From a virus (lineage: Duplodnaviria > Caudoviricetes): 24,244 nt of DNA. The notes under the pieces were generated by a model, which saw only the letters and a list, made by a program, of their open reading frames with translations, was not told the origin of the DNA and did not search any database. The stretch spans positions 1 to 24,244 of IMG/VR virus record IMGVR_UViG_3300010366_000066; one strand, 5' to 3'. Shown here one piece after another: positions 9,302 to 18,443 of the stretch. Numbering within the stretch: position 1 is the stretch's first letter; each line of letters opens with the position of its first letter. A program made the position numbers and the translations under genes.

Positions 9302-9670
9302 CTACGGCCCGATGTTCAGCACGCGGACAGCCGCGTACCCGTTCGCGTTCTTCGCTTCCTCGACCTTCGCAACGGGAGAGCCTGCGACCGTTGCCGACAG
9401 ATCGGTGTCACCGCGCTTCAGCCCTGCACCCGTCGTCCAGTACAGGTAATCCCCCACAGCCGGTGAAAGCGCTGCGGGCAATTTCACGTACCAGATGCGC
9501 TCCGACGAGAATTCCATCCCCGCCGTCCTCACGGTATCCGCCGCCGCGATGTTCGCGAGACAAATTCCGTTCCAGCCGTTCAGCCGATACATGTCTCCGA
9601 ACGAGAACGTACCCGCAGGCCAGGTGTAGCCTCCCTGCGATGCACGGCCGTCGGTCTTGAGTTGACCCAT
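9302..9670 (-). CDS. DUF2190-like capsid cement/decoration protein
   Basis: 122 aa; GDMYRLNGWNGI...AVGDYLYW...VAKV..AK......VRV pattern; directly upstream of the capsid gene. Confidence 0.7.
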   Translation of the reverse strand: MGQLKTDGRASQGGYTWPAGTFSFGDMYRLNGWNGICLANIAAADTVRTAGMEFSSERIWYVKLPAALSPAVGDYLYWTTGAGLKRGDTDLSATVAGSPVAKVEEAKNANGYAAVRVLNIGP

Positions 9671-9689
9671 TTCCTACCCTCCTCTCCCG

Positions 9690-10139
9690 TTACTCGGTGG
9701 TTGTCTCTTCGGACTGCTGGGACGCGATGTAATTCTGCACGTCCGTCTTCGTGACACGACCTTCAGCGCCCGTGCCCTCGACATCGGACAGGCTGACGCC
9801 CTCGGCCTCTGCGAGTTCCTTCGCGCCCGCAGTCGCGTTTTCCTCGCCCTCCTCGGCTACGGTCTGTGCCTCGATTTCCTCTTCGGCATCCGTGCCGTAG
9901 TCCTCCGAGAACTGCTCCGCGAGCGGATGATCCACGATGGGCAGCAGCGCTCCTGCCGACGTGAGCGGATCGGGAGAGCCGTACTGCGGTGGCCCCATGA
10001 CGACGGGAACCATGTCCATGTCCTGATCCTCCGGTGAAACGTACGGGTTGTTGAGATTCGGAGACTGGACGAAATTCTCCTGGCCGTACTGGTGTGCAGC
10101 CAACTCCTCTTCGGTCGCGTTCGGGTTCTCGTCGGCCAT
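9690..10139 (-). CDS. acidic protein with C-terminal E3-binding (PSBD) domain
   Basis: ATAGAKELAEAEGVSLSDVEGTGAEGRVTKTDV matches the peripheral subunit-binding domain consensus (A...A..LA.E.GIDL..V.GTG..GRI...DV). Confidence 0.75.
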   Translation of the reverse strand: MADENPNATEEELAAHQYGQENFVQSPNLNNPYVSPEDQDMDMVPVVMGPPQYGSPDPLTSAGALLPIVDHPLAEQFSEDYGTDAEEEIEAQTVAEEGEENATAGAKELAEAEGVSLSDVEGTGAEGRVTKTDVQNYIASQQSEETTTE

Positions 10140-10140
10140 T

Positions 10141-11304
10141 TCAGACCCTTTCCTTGACGCGGATGTTGGACGTGACCGTGCCCGGCTTGTAATCCGTCTT
10201 GCTGCCGTCCGGCTTCGGGGAATTCGTGATGCTGGGTGGCGTGCTCTCCATCTCCGACACGATGGATTTCAGATCGGTGGACGAGTCGATGATTTCACCG
10301 ACGAGCTTGGAGACCGTCTCCTCGTCCTTCTCGGCGTCTCCGGTGAGCTTGACCTCCCTGGAGGCCATCTCCCCGGCGATCAGGCGCGTGACGAGCTTCC
10401 TGTCGCGCTCCTCGCCGCCCTTGAGCTTCTTGTCGAGCACGGTGGCGAGCACGGACGCCCTGAGCGACTTCCCGGCCTTGCGAAGCTCAGCAACCGCTGC
10501 TGAAATTACGTTGACCGGCTCCGCGCTCTCGTCCATGCCGAGAAGCATCCGAAGCTGCGGAATCAGATCGAGCGTCGGCTTGATTTCATCCGCAGTCGTC
10601 TCCATCTCTGAGACCTTCGTCTCCAGCGGCTTCTTCGCCTCGTCCTCGATGCTCTTGACGAGCGCCGGGTTGTGAGCGCGAAGATCGTTCGCAGTGAGCG
10701 CTGCGATTTCCTCCGTCTTCACTTCACTACCTCCCGTCTCCATTTCGGAAGAAAGAGCGCCGACCATCCTGGCGCTCATCCCGGCAGCACGCGGCCGAGA
10801 CAGATCGATGGACTCGATTTGAAATTCCTTGATCCGTACCCCCTTCTCGAAAGGCTCCTGGGCGACTTTGCCTCGCCACGAAACCGTCTGGATGAATTTC
10901 CTTCTCGCGTACTCTCTCGCCTTCGTTCCCGGCAGGACGTACGCCTTGACGGCGAGCCGTGCCTTGTCTCCGACCGAGAGCATCTTCGCCCCGACCCACT
11001 GCAACTGAATTTCAGGAAATGAGTACGGGTCATCCTCGGGGCGAATGTGACCCATGTACCCGACGATTGGCTCCGTCGTCGCAGCGGACGAGATTTCAGA
11101 GGCCACCTGTCCGAAAAGTTCCGGCCCCCAAAACCGCTTCGACTTCGACCACCCGGACTCGATGACGTACGTGGCGAATTTCGGATCATCGTCACCTTCC
11201 GTCACCTGAGCGACGAAATTCGAATCGAGCGGCACCATGCCACCCGCATCGCCCATTTCACCGACCGTGATGGTGAAATCTTCTGTGATGTCCTGAAATT
11301 CCAT
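10141..11304 (-). CDS. capsid maturation protease/scaffold fusion
   Basis: Start moved to ATG 11304 (GGAG SD). N-terminal GWSKSKRFW..YMGH..VSWRG..SIDL protease-like region, then a charged helical scaffold-like C-terminus. Confidence 0.65.
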   Translation of the reverse strand: MEFQDITEDFTITVGEMGDAGGMVPLDSNFVAQVTEGDDDPKFATYVIESGWSKSKRFWGPELFGQVASEISSAATTEPIVGYMGHIRPEDDPYSFPEIQLQWVGAKMLSVGDKARLAVKAYVLPGTKAREYARRKFIQTVSWRGKVAQEPFEKGVRIKEFQIESIDLSRPRAAGMSARMVGALSSEMETGGSEVKTEEIAALTANDLRAHNPALVKSIEDEAKKPLETKVSEMETTADEIKPTLDLIPQLRMLLGMDESAEPVNVISAAVAELRKAGKSLRASVLATVLDKKLKGGEERDRKLVTRLIAGEMASREVKLTGDAEKDEETVSKLVGEIIDSSTDLKSIVSEMESTPPSITNSPKPDGSKTDYKPGTVTSNIRVKERV

Positions 11305-11305
11305 C

Positions 11306-11770
11306 TCAGACTCTCCTGAGGCGCTTGCCCTGGTTCTGGTTGAACAGCGTCCTCGGGATGACATTCGCATGTCCTCTGGACGCCTTGCCCGGAACTTCCT
11401 TCGCCAGATCGCGCTGGCCGAACGCCGAGACGACCGTGGGGTGCTTCGACGGATCGTATTTCGGGTTCGGGTTGTTCGTGAACGTGTCCGCCTCCGGAGA
11501 GAATGTCGCCTGCGTCCTCCCCGTCGCCATGATCCCGGAAACGGAATTCAGGTTGTACGGGTCTCTGACGTAAAGACGCCTAGGCGTTGCCAGCTTTTTC
11601 CGGTATACCTTCGTCAGGACAGTCGGGTCGTGCTTCGACATGTCGATTGCCTGTCCGAATTTCACAGTCCGTCCAGCCTGCGTCGTCTTGTAGGCGTACG
11701 GGTTGTACTGCCGCTTGATCTTGATCTTCGGCGCAGTGAAAGTCGCCTTGACAGTTCTGTAGCGTGCCAT
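11306..11770 (-). CDS. basic hypothetical protein
   Basis: 154 aa, K/R-rich; abuts the upstream stop (TAGATG). Confidence 0.7.
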   Translation of the reverse strand: MARYRTVKATFTAPKIKIKRQYNPYAYKTTQAGRTVKFGQAIDMSKHDPTVLTKVYRKKLATPRRLYVRDPYNLNSVSGIMATGRTQATFSPEADTFTNNPNPKYDPSKHPTVVSAFGQRDLAKEVPGKASRGHANVIPRTLFNQNQGKRLRRV

Positions 11771-11941
11771 CTAGTACCCCCTTCCTCCCTTCGTTCCAAT
11801 TCCCTTCCTGATCCTCACGTTGCTGCCCGCCGGAAAGCCGAAGGCTGTGGGGTTGACCCCAGCCCTGCGAAGCTCCTTCATGTGACGGACTTGCGCGTAT
11901 TTCAGAACCGTCACACTCGCGTTACGGTCGATGAAGGCCAT
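11771..11941 (-). CDS. small basic protein (56 aa)
   Basis: Start MAFIDRN at a TAATG overlap with the upstream gene. Confidence 0.65.
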   Translation of the reverse strand: MAFIDRNASVTVLKYAQVRHMKELRRAGVNPTAFGFPAGSNVRIRKGIGTKGGRGY

Positions 11942-12144
11942 TAGCTCTTTTTCCTCCCTCCTTTGTTCCACTTGCGAGCATTCAGAGCGAACGTTGCACG
12001 ACGACGGGTCTTGGGGTTCTTCGACTTCTTCAACGCCCTGAGCTTGCTGACCGGAATTTTGTTTCCTTTCTTGGTGCCTGCTGTCTTGCGGAGCTTTCCC
12101 CGGTTCGCCTTTTTGATGTAAATTCCGCTCTTGCGACGTGCCAT
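11941..12144 (-). CDS. very basic small protein (IKK...G.L....KIP.SKL...RA.FA type)
   Basis: 67 aa, very K/R-rich; TAATG coupling at both ends. Confidence 0.75.
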   Translation of the reverse strand: MARRKSGIYIKKANRGKLRKTAGTKKGNKIPVSKLRALKKSKNPKTRRRATFALNARKWNKGGRKKS

Positions 12145-12941
12145 TACAGCTTAATCATCCTCCCGTAGAAGCCGAGCGCTGGTGAAATTTTCGCGATTGT
12201 CCTACGCCCGCCGGGAACGGTCGTTACGAGCCGTTGGCCTAGACCTGACGCTGAAGGTGAAATTGGTGGTGTTACTGGCGCTGGGCCAGCCAGAAGAGCA
12301 ACGGCATGACCCATCCACGCCTGGTTGCCTGCCACCCTTGTCCACGTTCCCGCAGCAAGAGTTCCGGGAGCCGCCATCGGAATTTCAGCCAAGGTGATCT
12401 GGCACGGAACACCAGCGTTGCCGACCTCGTACCGCTTCGTATTTCCGGGGTAATCGACGGTGTACTGCGTATTGTCTCCACCCGTTCCGAAAGCGAGAAC
12501 AAGTGAATTCGCGACAGCCACCGTAATCGCAGGAGCTACCGCTGTCAGTGCAACAGAGCCAGCCCCACTGGCACCGGCTCCATCGAGCGCTGATCCCGCA
12601 GCAACGACGTTTGTGTACTGTGCAATTACAGCATCGTAATACACAGCCGCAGCTTGGTCGTTTCCAATCGTGATCGGATCGACTTCCGTGCCGTCGATTC
12701 GCTTGCCCCAAATTCCGAGCTTCTGTCTGCCGCCGAAGCCCCATGCCGGACTCATGTATAGCTGAGTCCAACCAGGTGTGACGACTGTTCCACCAGCCGC
12801 AGGAGTGCCGTTTGGAAATCCGGTGATCGCAGCGACAAGATAATTTCCGACAACCCGAGACCCCGGAAGCGGACAGGTGGTTGTCGTGACCTGTGTCGCC
12901 GTCGTCGTACTGCTCTGGTTGACGAAAGCTGGAGTAGGCAT
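12144..12941 (-). CDS. beta-rich putative virion surface protein
   Basis: 265 aa, Ala/Gly/Thr-rich, TPGWTQL and APAITV..NSLVL motifs; TAATG start. Confidence 0.65.
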   Translation of the reverse strand: MPTPAFVNQSSTTTATQVTTTTCPLPGSRVVGNYLVAAITGFPNGTPAAGGTVVTPGWTQLYMSPAWGFGGRQKLGIWGKRIDGTEVDPITIGNDQAAAVYYDAVIAQYTNVVAAGSALDGAGASGAGSVALTAVAPAITVAVANSLVLAFGTGGDNTQYTVDYPGNTKRYEVGNAGVPCQITLAEIPMAAPGTLAAGTWTRVAGNQAWMGHAVALLAGPAPVTPPISPSASGLGQRLVTTVPGGRRTIAKISPALGFYGRMIKL

Positions 12942-13084
12942 TATCTCCCTCTCACCCTCCTTGACCGTCTACGACCCACGGCAGCAGCTACCTGCTTGGG
13001 ATTTTTCAGTCCAGCGATCTTCTTCCGCTTCGAACCCTTGACGCGGAATTTCCTTCTTCTGCCTGCCCCTGCACGGTTAGCCAT
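12941..13084 (-). CDS. protamine-like 47-aa protein MANRAGAGRRRKFRVKGSKRKKIAGLKNPKQVAAAVGRRRSRRVRGR
   Basis: Not in ORF track. It exactly fills the gap: ATG overlaps the portal end and TAA overlaps the next ATG. Confidence 0.7.
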   Translation of the reverse strand: MANRAGAGRRRKFRVKGSKRKKIAGLKNPKQVAAAVGRRRSRRVRGR

Positions 13085-14570
13085 TTTTTCCTGACTGTGG
13101 AACTATCGACGGCTGGTTCGTAGGAGCAGGCAGAGCATCAGGTGGCGACTTCTCCTGTGCAGGCGATCCCATCACCGGCAGGAATTGAGCGATCATCCGC
13201 TGGTACGTAGCATCTGAAATCTCTCCTCTTGCCCTGGCAACCTCCAGCCCCATGACTAGCTGCTGAAATGCCTGCATGACGACGACCTGATCGTCGGCTC
13301 TGACAATTTCCCAGGTGATCTTCGCCTTCACCGGGATTGAACCGGTTGCAACGAGCACCATTTTCAGAAGCTCCTGAACGGGCTTCTGATACACCTTCCG
13401 CTTGCGCTCGATCTTCTTGACGAACGGAACGGTCTGAGCGTTCCTGTCGGAGTTTGCAGAGCCGGAATCCACCCGCATGAACGCCCACTCCGGAGTTTGA
13501 GAGGCTATGCAGATGCAGTCAAGGATGAATTCCGCCAGGACTTTCGTGTCACCCAGCACGGAGGTAGCCTCCAAGAACCCGGCGTCCTCGTCCGGCTGGA
13601 GGAAAAGAATTTCACGTCCCTCGTACGAGACTTCCGCCTTCGTCTTCAACTGCCCCGTGTCGGGATCGATCAACTCGGGGTAATTGTTCTGGGCGAACGG
13701 AAGGAAGTCCTTGATCTTGAACTTCACCTTCGGCGTCGAGTGGTACTTGTGAGCTTGCAGGCCCTGGACGAGAACTTCGTGGAATGCATCGATGAACGGA
13801 ATTACAGGCTCGATATCCGACTGCCCGCCCTGGAGGTATGCCTCCCATTCGTTCGTCACTTCCAGAACCGGAACGAAACCCCAAGGGTTAGCCGCAGCCA
13901 ATTCATCGATCCACTCGTCCCTATGTTTGTCGAAGAACGTGTAATCCTGGGGTGTGATGATTTCAAGAACTTCGTGCTCCTCGACAACAGGATCGAGACC
14001 TGTCGTCGGATCACCTTCTGAAATCACCATCGTCATACGGTGTGAAATCAGAGCCTTCTCGATGACCCGCCTGTTCGCCACGTTGCGCTCGATGGTGACA
14101 AGATCGGGCACGATGATTTCAAGCGCACAGTGCTCCGCTTCATCGAGCGTCATCAGCATGTCTTTCACATCCGGCCGCTGGAGACGGACGATGGTCTTCG
14201 AATCCCGCATCGAGTCACGGAGCATCTGCTGAATTTCATCCGTCCAGTACGTTCGGATGCACTCGTTCAGGAATTTGTCGGTGACATCGTTACCCGTCGA
14301 GGCGATTGGCGTTCCGACAAACGCGGTCTGAAGGTCGATGATCGGCTTCACGAAGCCTGCGCCGAGAGCATTCTCCCCGGCGTTGCGGTACATCGTCCGC
14401 ATTGCCTCGTAATTCACCATCGTTCCCTCTGCCCGTGGGTGTCTCGTCCAGAACGAGAACGATGCACCGAACGGGCGGAAGGTCGAGCGTATGCCGGTGA
14501 AATTCACCCAGCCCATCGGGATGGCGATCTGCTCGGAAACCCAGTGCGCCGCTGACTTAATTTTCCCCAC
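13077..14570 (-). CDS. portal protein (SPP1 gp6-like)
   Basis: 497 aa; NPWGFVPV..V.N...GQSDIEPVI..IDAF and ..SQTPE motifs typical of SPP1-type portals; follows the terminase genes. Confidence 0.85.
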   Translation of the reverse strand: MGKIKSAAHWVSEQIAIPMGWVNFTGIRSTFRPFGASFSFWTRHPRAEGTMVNYEAMRTMYRNAGENALGAGFVKPIIDLQTAFVGTPIASTGNDVTDKFLNECIRTYWTDEIQQMLRDSMRDSKTIVRLQRPDVKDMLMTLDEAEHCALEIIVPDLVTIERNVANRRVIEKALISHRMTMVISEGDPTTGLDPVVEEHEVLEIITPQDYTFFDKHRDEWIDELAAANPWGFVPVLEVTNEWEAYLQGGQSDIEPVIPFIDAFHEVLVQGLQAHKYHSTPKVKFKIKDFLPFAQNNYPELIDPDTGQLKTKAEVSYEGREILFLQPDEDAGFLEATSVLGDTKVLAEFILDCICIASQTPEWAFMRVDSGSANSDRNAQTVPFVKKIERKRKVYQKPVQELLKMVLVATGSIPVKAKITWEIVRADDQVVVMQAFQQLVMGLEVARARGEISDATYQRMIAQFLPVMGSPAQEKSPPDALPAPTNQPSIVPQSGKNG

Positions 14571-15165
14571 TCGACTCCTCCACCGGCTCCTCGACGGATT
14601 TCACCAGAAGTTCCTCTAGGCGCTCGATGATTTGGGCTGCCTCCTCCTGAACTTCCGGAGACGCCTCACGAAGTTTCTCCACCAGTCCATCATCTGTTAC
14701 CGTCACCCTCTCGTCGTTGATGCTATGGCGCTCTTGCCTGGAGGACTTGGGCAGTCCTGCACGGTCGAGAATTTCACCGGCAGCCTGGAGGATATATCTG
14801 TCGTCGGCCGAAGAGCGCATGACATCCACGATTGCCTGCACTGCCTCGATCATGTAGCCGTGCAGCAGATCGAGCGCAGCTTGGGGGAGGCGCTGACGTA
14901 GGCCGACGAGAAGTTCCTTCGCCTCGGGAGTGTCGAGGAATTCCCTGACCTGACCCCTTGAAATTCCGATGATCTGAGACATCTGTGTTCGGGAGTAGCC
15001 GCCTAGCTGGAGGATCACGCACATGACGATGACGTGAGACTCCTCGAATTTCATCAACCGCTTGCGGGTACGCAGACCCTTCTTGTACCTCCGACGCACA
15101 CGGTTGACTTCCAGCTTTGCATCCCTTGCTCTGACCGCTGGAGTGAATTTCTTTTGAACGGGCAA
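14557..15165 (-). CDS. HTH protein, terminase small subunit-like
   Basis: HTH YSRTQMSQIIGISRGQVREF plus AVQAIVDVM...LQAAGEILDRAG oligomerisation-type motif; TTG start with GGAGG SD. Confidence 0.55.
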   Translation of the reverse strand: MPVQKKFTPAVRARDAKLEVNRVRRRYKKGLRTRKRLMKFEESHVIVMCVILQLGGYSRTQMSQIIGISRGQVREFLDTPEAKELLVGLRQRLPQAALDLLHGYMIEAVQAIVDVMRSSADDRYILQAAGEILDRAGLPKSSRQERHSINDERVTVTDDGLVEKLREASPEVQEEAAQIIERLEELLVKSVEEPVEESSGEN

Positions 15166-15173
15166 CGTTCCTC

Positions 15174-16856
15174 CTAGCGAGAGGCGATCACGTTCGTATT
15201 CATCCTTGACGAGAATCCACCCGGAACGTGCAGCGGTGGATTCGTAAGACCAGCAACTGTCGCAAACATGCAGGCGTGGTGCCAGTGGTCGGGGTTCTTA
15301 TTTCGTTTCCAGCGGGCGATCAGAATTCCCCTGGTGTTTTCCTCTTCGACCCTGGCTTGCTGGATCATCTGATGGTAGACCCCGTTGTAGTCTTTGCGGG
15401 GAAGATGCTCACCAAGCTCTCTGGCAGAATACGGAAGCCGTGCCAGTCCATTCATGAACTCACCGATGACAGTATCGAACGCGAGGGTACGGTCGATCTT
15501 GACTTCCGGAGCTTCCTTGTATTTCACTTGCCCGAAGTGAGCAATTTCCCCTTGCTGATCCCTGTCCTGCTCGAATCCCATATACAGACGTCCGTGATAT
15601 TTCAGAGCGAGTTCTCGGGATTTCGACTTCTCCGGATGGGCGTCGATCACTCCGACCCACTGCGGGAGGGAGGAGAGCCACTTGTCGAGTTGGTCGAAGT
15701 TCTGAAATATCTTGACGTTCCACAGCCTGCGGACGTTTTGTGCTTTCGTCCAGCACCAGGCGTGGATCATCGTGCCCACGTCAATTCCGATCTGGAGGTA
15801 CGACGAGGGGATACCACCGACCTCGTATCGCTCCCTGCAACTGTCGAGGAGTTCCACGGTGAACCTGTCACCGACCGCCGTGAAGGGGAGACCCATCGAC
15901 TGATTCCAGAAAGCCTTCATGTATTTCACTTCCCGAAGGCCCTTGAAATAGTCACGCATGATTTCAGGGAGAGTCTGCGTGGGGGAGTTGAACTGGTTGA
16001 TGTGGTATCCCCTCGTATCTCCGTCTGGGTTGTACGGTGTCCAGCGCCCGAGTGCGTTCAGGAATGGGCGCTCCTCATCGGTGAACTCCCGATTACAGAA
16101 CGCACATTCCAAAACGCAGTCGTGACGGTCATTGCCGACTTTCAGGTTGTTGTAGTCGAGGGCCTTGTCGTTCCAGTTGAGAGACTGAAATCTGTTACAG
16201 CCTGGGCAGGGAATTTCCCATCTATGTTGGTCTGAGAAGTCCCATGCATCGTCCGAGTAGATTCCATGCCCATCTACTGTAGGAGTAGAGAGCATGACGA
16301 GCTTCTTGATATGCGAGCCGTCCATACGATGTCGGGCATCACCGAGATTTTCCTCGACCATCCGGTCTCGCTCGTCCCAGACCTGAAAATCGACGGGAAC
16401 CTCTTGGAGTTCGTTCTTGATGTTCGTGCCTCGGATGTAGAGATTGAATTTCTTTGCGGACTGCTTGTGCAGCCGGTTGTCCACGGCCTTGAATTCTTGA
16501 GCGAGCAGGGGGTTCGACTCGATCATCGGGTCGATGCGTCCCTGCACGAAAGGCACTGCGCCAGTTTTCAGAGGAAGGAGGTAGAGGACGTTCCATCCAC
16601 GGACGGCGACAGCGTGGAGAGATTTCACCAACATCGTCACGGTGAACCTCATCTGAGCCGCTTTGGGAATTACAATCTCGGGCGAGTAATCCCTGATCAC
16701 CTGACGGACGTATTCGCCTCTTTCGAGAGTGAACTGGTGTCCATCCACTCTCAATTCCATGTCGAGCGCCCATTCGTCGGGACGCGCAAGGTTCCGCACC
16801 GATCTTCCTGCGGCGGCACGGGCAGCGCTACGCGGCATGGTTAGCGGCTTTGTCAC
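15174..16856 (-). CDS. terL: terminase large subunit, lambda GpA family
   Basis: KAAQMRFT (Walker A-like), WDERDRM (Walker B), STPT, CPGC/CAFC zinc motif, GYHINQFNSP, GIDVG nuclease, PDHWHHA. The start may be ATG 16838. Confidence 0.9.
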   Translation of the reverse strand: MTKPLTMPRSAARAAAGRSVRNLARPDEWALDMELRVDGHQFTLERGEYVRQVIRDYSPEIVIPKAAQMRFTVTMLVKSLHAVAVRGWNVLYLLPLKTGAVPFVQGRIDPMIESNPLLAQEFKAVDNRLHKQSAKKFNLYIRGTNIKNELQEVPVDFQVWDERDRMVEENLGDARHRMDGSHIKKLVMLSTPTVDGHGIYSDDAWDFSDQHRWEIPCPGCNRFQSLNWNDKALDYNNLKVGNDRHDCVLECAFCNREFTDEERPFLNALGRWTPYNPDGDTRGYHINQFNSPTQTLPEIMRDYFKGLREVKYMKAFWNQSMGLPFTAVGDRFTVELLDSCRERYEVGGIPSSYLQIGIDVGTMIHAWCWTKAQNVRRLWNVKIFQNFDQLDKWLSSLPQWVGVIDAHPEKSKSRELALKYHGRLYMGFEQDRDQQGEIAHFGQVKYKEAPEVKIDRTLAFDTVIGEFMNGLARLPYSARELGEHLPRKDYNGVYHQMIQQARVEEENTRGILIARWKRNKNPDHWHHACMFATVAGLTNPPLHVPGGFSSRMNTNVIASR

Positions 16857-16889
16857 CTGACGGGGGCGATCCGGTGAACGCCCGCCGGG

Positions 16890-16918
16890 ATTTTACTCGC
16901 TGCGCTGAATTAGGTCAA
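16890..16918 (-). promoter_or_regulatory. sigma70-type promoter for the terminase/structural operon
   Basis: TTGACC-N17-TAAAAT on the minus strand, followed by a GC-rich leader hairpin. Confidence 0.7.
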
Positions 16919-16929
16919 ACCAGGGTTGA

Positions 16930-17403
16930 CTAGATGCAGCCTCGGGACTCCATGTAATTCAGCCATTTTTCAAGCGACCAGTTGGGGTTCGGAACGACCT
17001 GAATTTCACCGGTCTTGAGGAGGTATTCCTTCCCCAGCGCCATGAGGATGATTTCAGCCCTGGAGTAGCCGACCGTCAGCTTGTCTCCATGCAGCACGTA
17101 GGAGAGGAACCTGATCGGTACCCTGGAGCCTAGACGGGCAGTCTCCTCCTCTATGTATTGGAGGGGGCCAAGGAAGATGTTCGCGGAGTTGAAATCGAGA
17201 CCATCCTTGGGGTACTCGATTTCCCAACGTTGCTGAAACTTACGTATTTCCTCGGCGATCTGAAATCCTGGTACCACCTCTGCCTCACCGGCAGAGTTGT
17301 AATTCTCCTTGGGAGATGGGAATGGGATGACGTTATTTTCAGTTCTCTCCTTATGAATTCTTGTCGTCTGGATGGATGGCCTGTAGCCTTTTATTCCCGG
17401 CAT
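16930..17403 (-). CDS. putative HTH DNA-binding protein
   Basis: ATG 17403 with GAGG SD; VPIRFLSYVLHG..TVGYSRAEIILMALG resembles an XRE-like HTH C-terminal half. Confidence 0.5.
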   Translation of the reverse strand: MPGIKGYRPSIQTTRIHKERTENNVIPFPSPKENYNSAGEAEVVPGFQIAEEIRKFQQRWEIEYPKDGLDFNSANIFLGPLQYIEEETARLGSRVPIRFLSYVLHGDKLTVGYSRAEIILMALGKEYLLKTGEIQVVPNPNWSLEKWLNYMESRGCI

Positions 17404-17545
17404 GGCGAAGTTCCTCAAGTTGATCGACAAGCTCGCGATTGATCGTCTGAGTCTCTACGAGTGTAATCGCGAGAGAGACGACGGTATCCCTGAGCGCAGT
17501 GATTTCACGCTCAAGGATTTCACATCTGCGGCGGTAGTCCATCAT
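17351..17545 (-). CDS. small coiled-coil protein
   Basis: 64 aa, heptad pattern; ATGA overlap with the upstream membrane ORF. Confidence 0.55.
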   Translation of the reverse strand: MMDYRRRCEILEREITALRDTVVSLAITLVETQTINRELVDQLEELRHAGNKRLQAIHPDDKNS

Positions 17546-17640
17546 CGATAGCAGAAATACCAGATGACGAAGCAGGCGATAATCGAGGGCAGGACGATGA
17601 CGAGGCAGAGCACGATCCAGGCAAAGAGCACCCAGTCCAT
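17542..17640 (-). CDS. 32-aa single-pass membrane peptide MDWVLFAWIVLCLVIVLPSIIACFVIWYFCYR
   Basis: Not in ORF track; TAATG start overlap and ATGA end overlap. Confidence 0.65.
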   Translation of the reverse strand: MDWVLFAWIVLCLVIVLPSIIACFVIWYFCYR

Positions 17641-17912
17641 TACCCCTCGCCTACAGGAGGATGTATCGGAAAGACAGCGAGCTTCTGGCCGTTGACGGCA
17701 AGCAGAGCTTTGAGGTGGATGAAAATATCCCCGACTGCCTCGGCATCGTCCTCGTAGCCGTGCATCGCCATTCCCCCGTTGTCACCATCGGAGATGAAAA
17801 CGATGAGCCTGTCTTCCGGGGTAATTCTGGGGTCGTTAGCGAACTTGCTGATGAGCATGTCGCAGACGTGGGTTATTCTGTCGTGAGGCTTATCGGAACG
17901 AGTGGGTGTCAT
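17640..17912 (-). CDS. hypothetical protein
   Basis: 90 aa; coupled at both ends. Confidence 0.65.
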   Translation of the reverse strand: MTPTRSDKPHDRITHVCDMLISKFANDPRITPEDRLIVFISDGDNGGMAMHGYEDDAEAVGDIFIHLKALLAVNGQKLAVFPIHPPVGEG

Positions 17913-18100
17913 TTCTTCTTACGCCTCACCCGGTGCGAGCCTTTTGAATAGACCGAGTTCGCCTTGGCGACTGCGGTTTTTCCACGGCCATACTGGTTCG
18001 CCTTCGCGTAGAAGATGGAAGTCCCTTTTTTCTTCCCGTACGTTTTCCTCATCCGGGCCAGGGCTTTCTTCGACCCCTTGCTGTACGCCGAGCGTGGCAT
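17909..18100 (-). CDS. small basic protein (K..M.K.YG.KKG..IFYA..N type)
   Basis: AAGGAG SD before ATG 18100; motif familiar from small basic phage proteins. Confidence 0.7.
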   Translation of the reverse strand: MPRSAYSKGSKKALARMRKTYGKKKGTSIFYAKANQYGRGKTAVAKANSVYSKGSHRVRRKKK

Positions 18101-18251
18101 TTTCACTCCTTGATCTTACGAGCCGTTCATACGCCATTCTACGACAGCCGTCGGCGTCTTCACAGAACGGCATGGTGCCAAGTGTCTCGTAGTCGATGGT
18201 GAGGTATTTCGGTCTGGTCAAGATGGAACGTCCGCACAGAGCACATTTCAT
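17919..18251 (-). CDS. putative zinc-finger protein
   Basis: CALC...CEDADGC with AGGAG SD; the 3' half overlaps the basic gene in another frame. Confidence 0.45.
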   Translation of the reverse strand: MKCALCGRSILTRPKYLTIDYETLGTMPFCEDADGCRRMAYERLVRSRSENATLGVQQGVEESPGPDEENVREEKRDFHLLREGEPVWPWKNRSRQGELGLFKRLAPGEA

Positions 18252-18290
18252 TTTGGAACTCCTGTCGGAATGGGGGAGGGATTTTCATCA

Positions 18291-18443
18291 CTACTGCTCC
18301 GGGGCTGGTGCCTCTTCCTCCGGAGGCCCCTGCTCTCCCTCGGGGTCATCCACGATTTCCTCGATGGGCTGTTCGTCGGGATTGTGCTCCAGCGGGGGAG
18401 CCTCCTCCTCGGGAGCCTTTTCCTCTTGTGGGGTCTCAGTCAT
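18291..18443 (-). CDS. 50-aa acidic Pro/Glu-rich protein
   Basis: GGAGGTG SD before ATG 18443; PEEEAP occurs twice. Confidence 0.65.
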   Translation of the reverse strand: MTETPQEEKAPEEEAPPLEHNPDEQPIEEIVDDPEGEQGPPEEEAPAPEQ

